Positions 13,586-27,074 of a stretch of 64,000 nt of DNA are shown piece after piece (positions within the stretch are counted from its first letter, which is position 1; every line of letters starts with the position of its first letter). Where the stretch lies: the NCBI RefSeq assembly GCF_001194135.2, contig NC_068989.1, forward strand, positions 19,450,468 to 19,514,467. The letters are read 5' to 3'. Origin of the DNA: Octopus bimaculoides (Eukaryota). A model generated the notes under the pieces. That model made no database searches. It had not been told where the DNA came from and was given only the letters and a program-made list of their open reading frames with translations. Both the position numbers and the translations under genes were made by a program.

Positions 13586-14619
13586 GCGGACTCATGGTCA
13601 TAGGATTGCGGTTTCGATTCCCAGACCGGGCGTTGTGAGTGTTTATTGAGCGAAAACACCTAAAAGCTCCACGAGGCTCCGGCAGGGGATGGTGGCGAAC
13701 CCTGCTGTACTCTTTCACCACAACTTTCTCTCACTCTTACTTCCAGTTTCTGTTGTGCCTGTAATTCAAAGGGTCAGCCTTGTCACACTGTGTCACGCTG
13801 AATATCCCAAGAACTACGTTAAGGGTACACGTGTCTGTGGAGTGCTCAGCCACATGCACGTTAATTTCACGAGCAGGCTGTTCCGTTGATTGGATCTACA
13901 GGAACCCTCGACGTCATAGGCGACAGATTGCCAACAACATGTAGATTCATGTTGTTGCTGCTACTGTTGTTGTTGTTGTTGTTGGTGTTACAGTTGCTTA
14001 GCATTCTAGTCATGACCATTGCAACTCCTTCTTAAGCTTTGTGTATCTAGGACTATGTTGACTAATGTGTCTGTTCTCTTTTCAAAATGACAGGGTGTAA
14101 TTGGAGGGAAAATTTGGCTGCAATTTCTCAGCAGTGCAGCATTCATATAGAGGTTTCTGCATCAAATAGACGAAACTGGAATTTGTAATGTTTATGCATT
14201 TCTCAAGCACATTCCCATATCCATATTGAAATAAGGTTTTGAAATCACCAACAACTTGTTTTGTTTGGGGTATTTATTAATGTTTTGTGTCAGATTGTGA
14301 AAGTATGTGGTCAAGTGATTAGGATGTTATAGGTTCAATTCCTGGACAGGGCAACATGTCATGTCTTTGAGCAAGGCACTTCATTTCAGAATGCATTAGT
14401 CTATTCAACCATAAAAGAGTACAAGCCAGTGGCTAATGCAGGTCTCTCTCTCTCTCTCTCTCTCTCCATTTGTCACATCATCAATATGCCACTAGGTCAG
14501 GGGTGAAGGAGCAGAGAGCATCTTCATCTCCTTGTGAACATATAATAGGCAATTAATGAAAACAATTGATAAAAACATGGTGCATGTTACCAACCCATAT
14601 TTACTCATGAGTGACAGCT

Positions 14620-17530
14620 AAGTGTTCTGTGTCAAACTTGCACATCAAGCTATCCTAGGACAGTTTCAAAGTATATCATTTTTTGGTTATTGGAAGCTGA
14701 ACAAGACTTTATTGGATTGCGAGGCTTACCATAGCCAGATTAAGGGGTTAGTTAAGAGGGCACTAACTGGCAGTGATCAACAACCAGTGGTAGAGTGCCC
14801 TCAACAGAGCCTTTTGAATTGAGTCGATTAGATTTAGCAAACAGTTAAATCTAGAGCAGACTAGAGTAGAAACGGACCTAGTTAAGACATTAGAAGAGGC
14901 ACTGAGATCGGGCTCTGTGTCACAAGTGCTGGCGGTGAGATCGGCACTGGACCAACACCTCAATGCTAAACATGAAGGATGCAGAGTCCGGGCAAGGATA
15001 TGTGCAATGGGCTGTGAAGGTATCAATGTTGCTAGATGGGCTCACTCGGTAGAAACCCGACGTGGCATCGGTGCTACGATTGGGTCTTTGACAGATGAGC
15101 TCGGACAGGAGATCCAAGGACAAGAGGAGATATGCAAGGCCTTTCACAAGCACTTTGCCGCGTTGTTCGGGAGGGACGGGACATTGGACCATGGGGACGC
15201 CTTACAGCATTTTCTGGACGGTGGCCCGCGTCTTTCGGCCCGTGATGCTGAGAGCTGTGAAGGACCAATCACAGCCAAGGAGATCATAGAGGTACTGTCC
15301 GAGTGACCCGGGTCTGGATGGTCTTCCGTACGAATTTTATAGTAGCATGCCAGACTTGTTCGGGAACGTACTGGCCAGTGTGTATACGAATTGGCAGCAG
15401 AATGGGAGAATTCTCAAAGCTGTGAGCCGAGGATTGGGAAGGACCCGAGCAAGGGGGATAACATCAATAATTTTCGGCCCATAACTCTGCTAAGCACAGA
15501 GTTAAAGATTTTGGCCAAGGTGCTTGCAAAGAGAGTGAGGATTGTCGTAGGTGACCTGTTGGGAGAAGCACAGGCATGTGCCATCCCAGGAAGGACGATA
15601 CAGGATAACCATCACCTCATTCGCTACACCCCAGAGCGGATGGGTAAAATGCATGTCAACAGTGGGGCACTGGTGAATTTAGACCAGTCTAAGGCATTCG
15701 ATAGGGTTGACCATGAGTATCTGGCGGCGGTCCTCCAGGTGGCCAGATTTGGCCCAACCTTCCAAGGCTGGATCAAAGCCATATATGGCAATATCGAATC
15801 TGTAGTCTGGGTGAATGGGTTCTCGAACCCCTTCGCAATCGAGCGTTCGGTTCGCTAGGGCTGCCCCCTGTCCCCGCTACTGTATGTATTGGTGCTCGAT
15901 CCACTGCTGCGGAGGCTGAGGGACATGGGGGTGGACCCGCGTGATCTGAGTTACAGGAGAAATGTGATGGCATGTGCAGATGACGTCATCATCACCGTGT
16001 CTGATGAAGGGCAGCTACCTTGTGTAGAAGACGCCATCAAAGGATACGAGACGGTGGCAGGAGCAAAAATTAATCAGGAAAAATCAGTCGGCTTGTAACT
16101 TGGCACCTGGCAGGGCAAGTCGATGCCTCCCAATAGCGTCATTAGGCGCTGGATGGAGGGCCAGGTTAAAATGCTCGGGGTCTGGTTTGGACCAGACCTC
16201 CAGGTGGAGAAGAATTGGAGTGAGTTGACGAGCAAGGTGACAGCGATAGCCCAGAAGTGGTCTGGGAGGAAGTTATCCTTGTTGGGAAGGGTGGAGGTTG
16301 CACAGATGTTCATAGCATCTGTGATAACCTACCACCTAACTGTCGTGCCTTGCCCCGGTTTGTGGCTTATCAAGTTGGAGCGGATCCTTTTCTACTTTTT
16401 GTGGGGAAGTAAAACTCCACTTGTGAGGCACTCCATCTGTTGCCAGAGACCATTAAAGGGTGGGATGGGGATGCCCAGGCTAATGATGCGCAAGTACGCG
16501 CTGAGGCTGAGCCATCTCCTGTGCTACCTGGATGGTGAGCAGGTGTGGTCAAGGCATGCTGAGCAACTCTTTCCAAAGTTAAAGTCCCTTGTGGACTTAG
16601 GTGCATGGATCAAGTGGAGACCCAAGTTGGGGGAATGGCAGGAGGAGTGCAAACAAGCACTTTCCCTCTTCTCTCGAGTGAGCAATACTGACAGCAGGGT
16701 TACCACAGCGGATTTTTATAGCGGGTTGGCAGAGCATATGTCCGATGATGTCCTGGGAGAGAATCTAGCTTCGATAAGAGGCAGCTAGCCAGCCTGTTCG
16801 GTAGGACCTTCAGGTTGAGATTTCTGGATAACTACCAGAAATCCTTGAACTGGTTGTGCTACCGATCGGCCTTACTGGTTGTCAAGGCATGGTTATGACA
16901 CCTCCCCCACATGTCTGAGGTGCGGGCGTGCCAGTGAAACAGTCACGCATGCTTTCATACACTGTTGAGGGAGTTGATAGCCAATGCCGAACAGCTGATG
17001 TCAGAGTATGGCTCTCGACTGAGTCCATGATAAAGATTGTACCACCTTCCTCTTTCTCCAAAGAAAAGAAGGCAGGATTTCTCTGCGTAGTAATCATACT
17101 GAAAGATATGGTATGGAAGACGCAAGCAAAAGGGATCGCGACAGGCCCAATTCATCTCCGGACACGAGCTGGCAGATTTCTTCGCCGCCCATCTTTCCAG
17201 CAAGATCCGTCTGGAGAGGAGGAGCCTGTCGCAAAGAGTATTTGGAAAAAGATGGACGGAAGTTGTAAGAAAGATGAGAATGCAAGGAGCCGTCCTTGCA
17301 CGGTCGGTCTAAGCATAAAAGGATGGAAATGATTACCAAAAAGGAAATCAACCGGCGGGTTAGTCACTAACCTGAAAAACAGTAATAAATTAACATCTAT
17401 ATTTTTAATTTCATATCATCCATCATACATATCTATAAACCCATTCGTTTTTAATCTTTTGTAAAGAGTGTGTCTGACTCTTATATGTCCCTTATCTGTC
17501 CTTGTTTGTCCCCTCTATGTATCCTTTTTA
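14620..17530 (+). mobile_element. 5'-truncated Tx1/L1-clade LINE, ORF2 pseudogene
   Basis: GYWKLNKTLLD (endonuclease end), FRPITLLSTELKILAKVLAKR, DQSKAFDRVDH, SVR*GCPLSPLL, CADD, GAKINQEKS, several stops, A-rich 3' end near 17525. Confidence 0.9.
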
Positions 17531-17939
17531 ATAGGAAATAAAGAAAAACTGTTGGTACCAGACCTTTTAAGGTCTAACCACTGACCACATTACAGCTACC
17601 TCCATCTTCATTGTCACCATCATGTTTCTCACCAACATCATCAACATCTCTGCACAGCACCAACACACTGCACAGGTTCTAACATATTGCTGTTCGTGAT
17701 CTTCCTCACCAGGGTTAACAGCTAACATACAACCCACACAGATGCATGTAGATATATGAATAAATGTTCATCAACCATTTCCATTTATCATTCAGATTGT
17801 GTATGTATGTGTGGCCACATTAAAGGTATTTAAAGTTACCGCCTTGTTCCATGTATTTCCTTATACTGTGTTCCTGTCAAATGATATTACAGCCTTCTGA
17901 GCAGTCACATTACATGGAATACAACCTATCCATCTAAAG

Positions 17940-18640
17940 GTTAAAGTCTTCCTTGGGCATGTGGGTTTGAGTGGGATGGTAATTAGGTTTTAGGGCGGGT
18001 TGTTATGGAGAAGTGTTTTGGAGAAATTTATATTAAAATTTGGGTTATGTTATTGTTTGGAATTTACTCATGTAAGTAAAGCTTTGTAAGCAAGTGTATG
18101 TTTAGGTGTGTCCTTTGTTTGGTAGGCACAGGATGCGTTTGTAGTTCAGTTATTTTTGGTTTTATTGGATTTAATCCTTTACTTTGACAGTGTAAAGATC
18201 AAAGGTTCAATGTCCAGTATTTAGAAGTTTAATAACTGGATGTGTCAACTTTTTTGTAATGGAATTTTTTAGAGGTTCACAAAGGAATTTAAGTAGGAGG
18301 TATGTCTTAGCCAGTGAAACCTGTATTTGTTATTTGGGGAAGTTCCTATTTTTATTTGGAATTTGGTGATTATTAGTCATGGTGTTGTTAGTATGGAATA
18401 TATTTCCATCTTGCCTTGATATTCACCAAAAGATTTGCTTGGGTGTAGAGGTTGTTGGTCTGTATGTTTCTCTATAAGTGTTCATTGTTCTATAATGAAA
18501 CCTTGTGTTTTTATGGAGACTGAGTTAGTGGGCTGCGTGTTGATAAATATTTCTTCTATTTTTAGACGGGAGTATCTTATAATGTGTTATTTTAGGTCTA
18601 TGGGTATATGCAAAAGTGGGGCATTATAAAGGGGGTGTAT
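17940..18640 (-). mobile_element. Highly decayed Penelope-like RT fragment
   Basis: Reverse strand ...SIKTQ...TLIEKHTDQQPLHPS, resembling the Penelope YRKPTD.QQYLH.SS motif. Weak match. Confidence 0.35.
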
Positions 18641-18902
18641 ATATTCATGTATAAAAATGATTTCGAAATATAAAAAGGGGCAAGTGTCTTCTGCTATAGC
18701 CTCAAGCTGACCAAAGCCTTGTGAGTGGATTAAGTAGGCAGAAACTGAAAGAAGCTTGTTGTATGTATATATATATCTGTGTTTGTGTGTGTGTGCCACC
18801 ATCGCTTGACAACTGATGTTAGTGTGTTTATGTCCCAGTAACTTAACGTTTCGGCAAAATAATCCAATAGAATAAGTACCAGGCTTAATAAATAAGTATT
18901 TC

Positions 18903-19342
18903 GGTAGAGATGGACTATATGTAATCTGAACCTTTCCCCACCTTATTTATTAATTTTTTTTACGGAATCCCACGTTTTAGGCTATGGAGATTCCGATTCT
19001 GAAAAAAAATTTTTTGAAAAATTTCAATTCCCCCCTCCCACCAAGCAGGCTATTTACATGCTAGAAATAACAGCCAAATCTCACAAAACTAGTGTTAGGG
19101 TTAGGTTTAGGGTTAGGGTTAAGGTCAGGGTTAGGGTCAGGGTTAGGGTTTGAGTTAGGGTTAGGTTTACCCTGTGGATCTATATAAAAACTGGGTGGGG
19201 GGGATCGAAATTTTGAAATTGAGATTTTTGAAAAATTTTTTCCAGAATCGGATTCTCTATGGTCTGAAACATAGGATTCCGTAAAAAAAAACAAAATTTA
19301 AAAGTGGGGTTATACCCAGATTACATATACTCCATCTCCACC
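18903..19342. mobile_element. MITE with ~110-bp imperfect TIRs, 8-bp TSD AGTATTTC and internal (TTAGGG)-like array
   Basis: Ends GGTAGAGATGG...CCATCTCCACC, TSD at 18895-18902 and 19343-19350, splits a SINE. Confidence 0.85.
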
Positions 19343-20699
19343 AGTATTTCAATGCGGTACCCTAACATAGCTGCAAACTGATGACTGAAACTAGTAAAAA
19401 CGATATGTGTATGTATGTGTGTGCACAACAAGCTTCCACATAGTTTCTGTCAACAAAATTTACACACAAGGCATCGGTCGGTCCGAGGTTATAATAGAAG
19501 ACACTCGCCCAAAATACCGCAACGTAGGACTGAACCCAAAACCACATGATTACAAAATAACCTTCTTAACCACACAGCATTGAATCACTTCTTTCGATTT
19601 TACGAATAATTTCTACACAAACACGTAGTTTTTCATGCTAATTACAAAAACCACAACCATTTTGGTGGAAGAAATTAATGATAACATAGTAACGAACCCG
19701 TAAAGACTGAAACTAATAACACTATATGGAACAGATGTAAGCACCTTGTCATTATATACAAAGATATTGATTACAGAGACGAGGTGTTTATTGTTACATA
19801 ACAGTGTGGCTAAAACCTAGATATACTCTGTGGAACAGGCCGTAGGAATTCCCGTGCGTAGAACACAAATTCGCAAAGATTTTCTGAAAATTCCAGAAAA
19901 TATAAAAGTTATGAGAGGTTATATGGAGTGCTTAAATAAGAATTCCGCCGTATATTAATACCAAAATTAAATTATTTCCAAATGCGCGTAGACTTTCCAG
20001 ACCATCTGCAGTCGATTTCAAAAACTATTTTATTTCTGGATACGCACACACGAAGATTAAACATGAGGGACTTTGAGATAACGATGGCCTCACATGGTCG
20101 TTCAAATTGCTAGAAATAATAACTAAATTTTTCTTAAATTACTCACTGCTGTCACATAAAGAAAAAAGTACGTAGAACAGACACCGCATCTATTGACCTC
20201 CTCCGTACTTTTACCTGTCTTTGTTTTTCTCTACGTGTATTTCCATAACCTCGTGCACCGACTTTACCTGCACTGTTATTTTAATATGTGTGTATGTAGG
20301 CAATATTGTATGTGTGTGTGTGTTCAAAAAGTGCTCGACACTAAGTCTGTGTCTGTGTGTTTGTTACCGTTAATACGCTCGTTCTGTAGCTGCTGTATCT
20401 GTGTGTTCGCTTACCTCTTTTAACGTCCCACTGGTTTGACCTCTTCCTCTGCCTCACAACACTAAACCATGTTCCCATGGTCGTGAAGTTCCTGTTTATT
20501 GTCTTCCGCCTTCTTATTCTGTCCCCCTTCTTTTTTACGCTGTATATCTTTTCCCTCGTACCCGCTGTTTCGTCGTGTATTTCCTCTTTATCAACTGTTC
20601 ATAGCAATTTCTTCAACCTTTTTAATTTTTCTGTTCAGTTGAAACTTAGAAACTTTTCTCTCTCCACATCAATTAAACGTCAACATTCCACAAACTTAC

Positions 20700-20850
20700 C
20701 TTTTGGTTAATTGTTGCCGATGTAGGCTGCATTAATTCATTCAGATTCTGAATTTTGTCTTAAATAAATAAAAATTACATTGGTTCAAAAAGTTTTTAAA
20801 ATTGTTATGGGCGTTGTACAATGTCTCGTCAACGCGCGCGTGCGCGCCTT
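20700..20850 (-). promoter_or_regulatory. Promoter and candidate first exon of a minus-strand gene (possible start MQPTSATINQK)
   Basis: NRF1-type 17-mer at 20831-20847 in a CpG-rich patch, minus-strand ATG at 20732, 11 codons, strong donor AAG|GTAAGT at 20699. Downstream exons not identified. Confidence 0.4.
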
Positions 20851-21103
20851 CAAAAACGAAGAAGAAACAAAACAAATTTTTTTTTTCTAATTTACTAATG
20901 TGTGCGAATCAGAAATGAGGCCAGTAATTACAAGTTTCTTTGATTCAAATATGGCAATAAGGAGATTCGTTAATTAACACTGAGAACATTAAATTAGATT
21001 TACTCTCTGAATTCAGGAAATTATTACAGAACCATTTCATAAACATACTTAGAGATGAAACTTATGGTACCACACACAGAAATGAAGAAAATTAGAAAAC
21101 AAG

Positions 21104-21154
<51 letters not shown>

Positions 21155-21389
21155 CTCTGTGTGTGTATGTGTGTCTGTGTTTGTCCCCCCACCACCATCA
21201 CTTGACAACCGACGGTGGTGTGTTTACGGCCCCGTAACTTAGCGATTCAGCAAAAAGAGACCGATAGAATAAGTACTAGGCTTACAAAGAATAAGTCCTG
21301 GGGTCGATTTTCTCGACTAAAGGCGGTGCTCCAGCATGGCTGCAGTCAAATGACTGAAACAAGTAAAAGAGAAGAATAAGACTATATTA

Positions 21390-21600
21390 ACTTTGATAGG
21401 TTTCGGTCAGTATACGTCCAGGCCATGTCTAACTTAATAGCATCACCTGGTGAAGTCTTTTAGTCATATATGGGGTACCATGGCCCACTCTAGTAAAGAG
21501 TTATTGTTGGAGGCATATCCAGGTGTAGGAGGTTGGTCCAGGATTTTTCGAAGAAATTTGTCCAGTAAACTTTTGAATTTTATGGGATCCATTGTCTGAA
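21390..21600 (-). mobile_element. CR1-clade LINE 3' end
   Basis: Reverse strand MDPIKFKSLLDKFLRKILDQPPTPGYASNNNSLLEW, a typical CR1 ORF2 terminus. Confidence 0.7.
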
Positions 21601-22689
21601 ATTTTGGTACAAGGCCAGTCAGTCTGGAGGAGAGTGTAAGTCAATTACATTGACCCCTGTGCATAACTGGTCTTATTTTATTGACCCTGAAAGAATGATA
21701 GGCAAAGTCAACTTCAGTGGAATTTGAACTAAGAACATAAAGAGGGATAACATGCCACTAAACATTTTTCCTGCACAGTAACAGTTCTGCCTGCTCGCCA
21801 CCTTAGAATAAGACAAATATTGGGTTCAAATTTTAGCACAAGGCCAGCAAGTTTGGGGAAGGAGATAAGTTAATTACATTAATCCCTAGTATTCAACTGG
21901 TACTTAATTTATTGACCCTGAAAGGATGAAAGGCAAAATCAACCCCAGCATAATTCAGACTCAGAACACACAGACAGATGAAATGTCGCTAAGCATTTTG
22001 CCAGTGTGCTAACAATTCTGCCAGCTCACCACCTTTAGCATGAGATTAATATTTAAAACTGAACTTAGTGTTGGAAATAAGATAGAATGTAAAAATAAAT
22101 ACATCAGCCATTCCAGTTAAAAGCTACAGTTTCAATATAGTAAATTTTTAAGGGAAGTGAATTGGAGAATTTAGGAAAACTAGAAAATTACTTGCAGAGT
22201 TCCGAAGTCAAAATACTTATGCCAATGTAGATTATACCTAATCTACACACAAAGAGGAAGGATTTTGATACTTGAGAGCTTTTGTAAAATAACATATTTC
22301 CTACAGCCAGATGTCAAAATGTTATCATCATCATCATCATTGTTTAACATCGGCTTTCCATGCTGGAATGGGTTGGACAGTTTAACATGAAGTTGGCTAG
22401 CAGGGTGCTGTCCAGACTCCAATTGTCAGTTGTGGCATGGTTTCTATGGTTGAATGCCCTTCCTAATGCCAACTACGACACAAAGTGAGCTGGGTCCTTT
22501 TTACGTGCCACTGGCACAGGTGCATTTACACAGCACTAGTACAGGTGCACTCACACAGCACCAACATAGGTGCTTTTTATGTGTCACTAGCACCTGAAAG
22601 GATAAGCCTGTATGTGTGGAGGACAGATCTTACTTAGCATTGAGAGAAAAACTGGGCATAATAGGAATCACTTGCTCACTTAGCATTGA

Positions 22690-23530
22690 CCAAACACCTA
22701 GTAAGCAGGAAAGCAGACAAATTATTAATCCTGTAAGGTGGGAAAAAGCTCTGTTTAATATATAGAAAAGGTATGCACAGAAATTCCATACAGTGTATGT
22801 ACCTAGCAATAGCTATGGACACATAAGTGGTGCAGTGGAATCACAGGAAAAGTAACAGAGAAGTTAGTCCTTGTGTTTGGCAGATGTGCAGGAACAGCAA
22901 ATATAAACACACAGGAAATTGATTTTTCTCAAATACCCAGGAAGACCCTTAGGGTGGATAGTTTCTGTTACTTAAGTGATCTAATTAGCAGTGGAGGAGG
23001 ATTCTTTGAAAGCATAGTTGCTAGAATAAGAAGTGGTTGGGGAAAATTGAGAGAGTTATTACCTTTGTTGGTAACAAAGGGCCCCTCTCCGAGAATGAAA
23101 GGCAGATTGTATGATGCTTGGGCACAAACAGCTATGTTACATGATTGTAAAATGTGGGCTGTAAATACAGAGAATATGTGAAGGATTGAAAGAATTGAAG
23201 TTTGCATGCTCTGCTGGATGTGCAATGTCAGTGCACATGTACGGCAAAGTGTAAATGTATTGTGAGAAAAATTGGACATAAGGGGGAATCGGATGTAGTG
23301 TGCAAGAGAGAAGAGTACATTGGTATGGAAATGTGATGTGTCTGGATGAAGACAGCTGCATACTGAAGCGCTGATCGCTAAATGTCAATGGAATCTGTAA
23401 AAGAGGAAGTCTCAGGAAGATGTGGAATAACATAATGAAAATAACCTTCAGATGCTGAGCCTCACAGAAGAGATGACAAAGGAACAAGATGATTGGTATT
23501 TTACTGTGATTGAGAAGCCCCCATACATCT
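22690..23530 (+). mobile_element. RTE-clade LINE fragment
   Basis: ORF track VDSFCYLSDLISSGGG...LRELLPLLVTKG...GRLYDA. Confidence 0.8.
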
Positions 23531-24782
23531 AAGTAAAAATGTGTCCCTAAAGGCATTTCATTTATGTCTATGCCCCTGCACATAACCTGTCCCTCACAAA
23601 TTCTTCCTCCATAACTCTTCCTAGCACCTCTCTGACTCCACTTGTGATCATTCACTGCATTCCCCACTCCATCCCTTACTCTCCTTTCACAGTCTTACAA
23701 ACTTACCTACCAACTCACCCTATCCAATCCTCTGTACCATTTCACTCATATACACTTGGTGTTAGAAAAGGCATCCAGCTGTAGAAACCATACCAAATCA
23801 GACTGGAACTTGGTGCAGCTCTCCGGCTAACCAGTTCCAGTCAAACTGCCTAACCCATGCCAACATGGAAAGCAGATGCTAAATGATGATGATGATGACA
23901 ACGACGACGACGACGACGACGACGACAGCACCCTGTAACTTGAGTGTATTCTCTGACATTGTTACTTCACCATCTCTCTCCTCCTCTCTCCCTCCCTCTC
24001 TGTTCCTTAATCTTTTTCCAACTGAGGTAGCCATGCATCTCCTCTACAGCAAGATACCTGTTTCTCTGTCCCTCTATCATACTCTAACCTCTCATCAGCT
24101 GGCTTGAAGCCACATCCCTCAATACTATGCACCCACCTCCATCAAGTGTTTTTGTTTGCAAAGTGCTTGGTGACCTCAATGGAACACAGTGTAAAGTGGT
24201 TTGCATTACGAAGGACATCCGGCTGTATAAACCATGCCAAAGCAGACAATTGAGCTTGGCATAGCACAGTCGTCTGGTTTGCTAGCTCCTATAGAACTAT
24301 TCAGTCTATGTCAGCATGGAAAGCAGATAATAAATGATGATGATTATGACAATATATATATGTATATTAGAGTGGCCCTTAGCAATAGGTAATTTTCCAA
24401 AAGTTAAAATTTTGCTGCTCCCATCCCCTAATCCTGTTCCAATATCCAATAAACAACATAACGGGGTGTGCAAAATCTAGTTGATTAGATCGACCCCAGT
24501 ACATAACTGGTACTTAATTTATTGACCCCGAAAGGTTGAAAGGCAAAGTCGACCTCTGCGGAATTTGAACTCAGAACGTAAAGACAGACGAAATGTCGCT
24601 AAGCGTTTCTACTGGCACAAACTTAGCTGAATAGCAAGAAACTTGCTTTCCAACCACAAGGTTCTGGGTTCAGTCCCACTGCATGGTTCCTTGGGCTAGT
24701 GTCTTCTACTATAGCCTTGGGTCAACCAAAACCTTTTGAGTGGATTTGGTAGATGAAAACTGAAAGAAGCTTGCCATATAAA

Positions 24783-24994
24783 CAGGGTGTCCACAAAGTC
24801 TGGGTACATGGAGTAAATAAAATCATAACATAAACAATTAAATATAAGAAATAATAATTTTTTAAAGTATGTGTTAATCCCCATGTGGGTACATGGAGTA
24901 AATAAAATCATAACATAAAAAACTAAATATAAGAAATAATAATTTCTTGAAGTATGTGTTAATTGTCATGTACCCAGACTTTATGGACACCCTG
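24783..24994. mobile_element. Tc1/mariner-type MITE with internal ~86-bp tandem duplication, nested in a SINE
   Basis: 28-bp TIRs CAGGGTGTCCACAAAGTCTGGGTACATG / CATGTACCCAGACTTTATGGACACCCTG, followed by TA. Units at 24801-24885 and 24886-24970. Confidence 0.85.
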
Positions 24995-25342
24995 TATGTA
25001 TATATATCTATGTCTGTGTGTTTGTATTTGTCCACTCATCATTGCTTGACAACTGGTGTTGGTGTGTGTTTATGTTCCTATAACTTAGCAGTTCAGCAAA
25101 AGAGATTGATAGAATAAGTATTAGGCTTAAAAAATAACTTCTGGGGTTAATTTGTTTGACTAAAATCCATCAAGGTGGTGCTCCAGCATGGCTCCAGTCA
25201 AATGACTGAAACAAATAAATAAATATATATATAATGCCTCTCCCAAGGTTTAATTGTATTTCTTTCAACACACGTATCCACATCAAGAATCTTGCACATG
25301 AAATACACATACGAAATATATATATATATATATAATTCTTAT

Positions 25343-25454
25343 ACAAGAATGTTGTTGATTGTGACTTTGAAGTTTCGACCAGCAAAATCATTCAGCAGTC
25401 TGACAATGGCTTAGCTGGCCAAAACTTCGAAGTCACTGTCAACAACATTCTTGT
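25343..25454. repeat. Inverted repeat, 41-bp arms (36/41 match), 30-nt spacer
   Basis: ACAAGAATGTTGTTGATTGTGACTTTGAAGTTTCGACCAGC / GCTGGCCAAAACTTCGAAGTCACTGTCAACAACATTCTTGT. Confidence 0.9.
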
Positions 25455-25589
25455 GGAAGAATAATAAATTTGTGCTCTACTAAAGTAAAGAGTACCCCAT
25501 CAGATTACTGTAAAATTGTCTTTATTGTAACTGAACATAAAACACACAAATAAACATACTAAAAAGTTGCAATGTGAAAACCAAGAATC

Positions 25590-26090
25590 TAATTTACATA
25601 ATCTTTCTTCAAAATATGAAACTGCTTGGCAAAAGTAGCTCAAGTAATACAAAAACTGTTGGAGAATTTGTGTCACTATTAACTGAAACAATCAAGAAAG
25701 TGTCCTAATCATTAGAAAAAATATCTAATACTGACGAAACTGGTCTATACTAGAAGAAAAGGCCAAAAGAAATTTTTATACCAAGAACAAAATCAATAAC
25801 AAATTCAAAGCATCTAAAGATGAAATTATATTACTATTAGGTTGTAATACATTAGGTGATTGTTTCATAAGATCATTATTAATCAATAGGACTCTTCACA
25901 ATATTCAATGAGAGGTTTGAATAAAAATATTCTCTTCATTAGTTGGCGAGTAAATAAAAGATCTTTGATGAGTAATGCAATATTGAAATGCTGGAATAAA
26001 AATTGATCCAAAGAAAATAATATTGACTTCAAAAATGTATTTCTAATAATGTTACATCATATCTCTGTGATTTAGAAAGCCTTAACTTTA
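25590..26090 (+). mobile_element. Tigger/pogo DDE transposase relic
   Basis: ISNTDETGLY*KK, FKASKDEIILLLGCNTLGD (cf. FNxDETGLYWKK, GFKASKDRLTLLLGxNxxGD), with frameshifts and stops. Confidence 0.8.
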
Positions 26091-26266
26091 CTATTCTGTT
26101 CTTAACATTTCATACAACACTACTTATCCAAAACATAGTTGGGAATTTTAAAACCATGTAATATATTTGTATAAGGGTAGCCATAGCGAGTTGGTGTAGT
26201 TGCAGATGTGAGATGTGAGATGAATGATAGTAGATATGAGAAGTGTAAAGAGGAAGCGTGGTAGAG

Positions 26267-26651
26267 CTTGTTGGCACTCCGTCGCTTACGACGTCGAGGG
26301 TTCCAGTTGATCCAATCAACGGAAAAGCCTGCTCGTGAAATTAACGTGCAAGTGGCTGAGCACTCCACAGACACGTTTACCCTTAATGTAGTTCTCGGGG
26401 ATATTCAGCATGACACAGTGTGACAAGGCTGACCCTTTGAATTACAGGCACAACAGAAACAGGAAGTAAGAATGAGAGAAAGTTGTGGTGGAAGAGTATA
26501 GCAGGGTGCACCACCATCCCCTGCCGGAGCCTCGTGGAGCTTTTAGGTGTTTTCACTCAATAAACACTCACAACACCCGGTCTGGAAATCGAAACTGCGA
26601 TCCTATGACCACGAGTCCGCTGCCCTAACCACTGGGCCATTTCGCCTCCAC
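26267..26651 (-). mobile_element. tRNA-derived SINE family B (second copy 13586-13940, + strand)
   Basis: Head TGGCCCAGTGGTTAGGGCAGCGGACTCG...GTTTCGATT. The two copies are collinear over ~350 bp. Confidence 0.85.
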
Positions 26652-27074
26652 TCAGAAATGTAATATATAAGCGATATTAAGTCTGAAAATGATACTGCTG
26701 CATTATTACCTCTTGGACCATGATATGCCATCAATGCTGGATTGTTTTTCAACCACTGGGCCATTGCACCTCCACTGTGGTAGAGCAGATGGGAAAATAA
26801 GTGGTGGCACATCTCTTTGCTTTTATAGCTCAGTCTATCTCACTGTTCCCTCACCATGTCACTCTTGGTCTGACTGAAACTGCACCAGCTACAGATTTGG
26901 CCCTCAGTAGGTTTCCTGTAACAACTATTAGTCATCCTCTGTGTTATACATCTCTCTCTCTCTCTCCTTTTCCTTCTTGTCAAATGCTTCAATTAGAACA
27001 TCTCTTAATCTCTCACTGTTCGAAGGATACTTAAACTTTCATATCCTCCCTTTCCAGATTGGTTTGTATCTTTG

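Noticed and set aside
19095-19166. TTAGGG array as a real telomere or chromosome fusion scar
   Set aside because: Short, degenerate and enclosed in a TIR element with TSD; present in a second dispersed copy.
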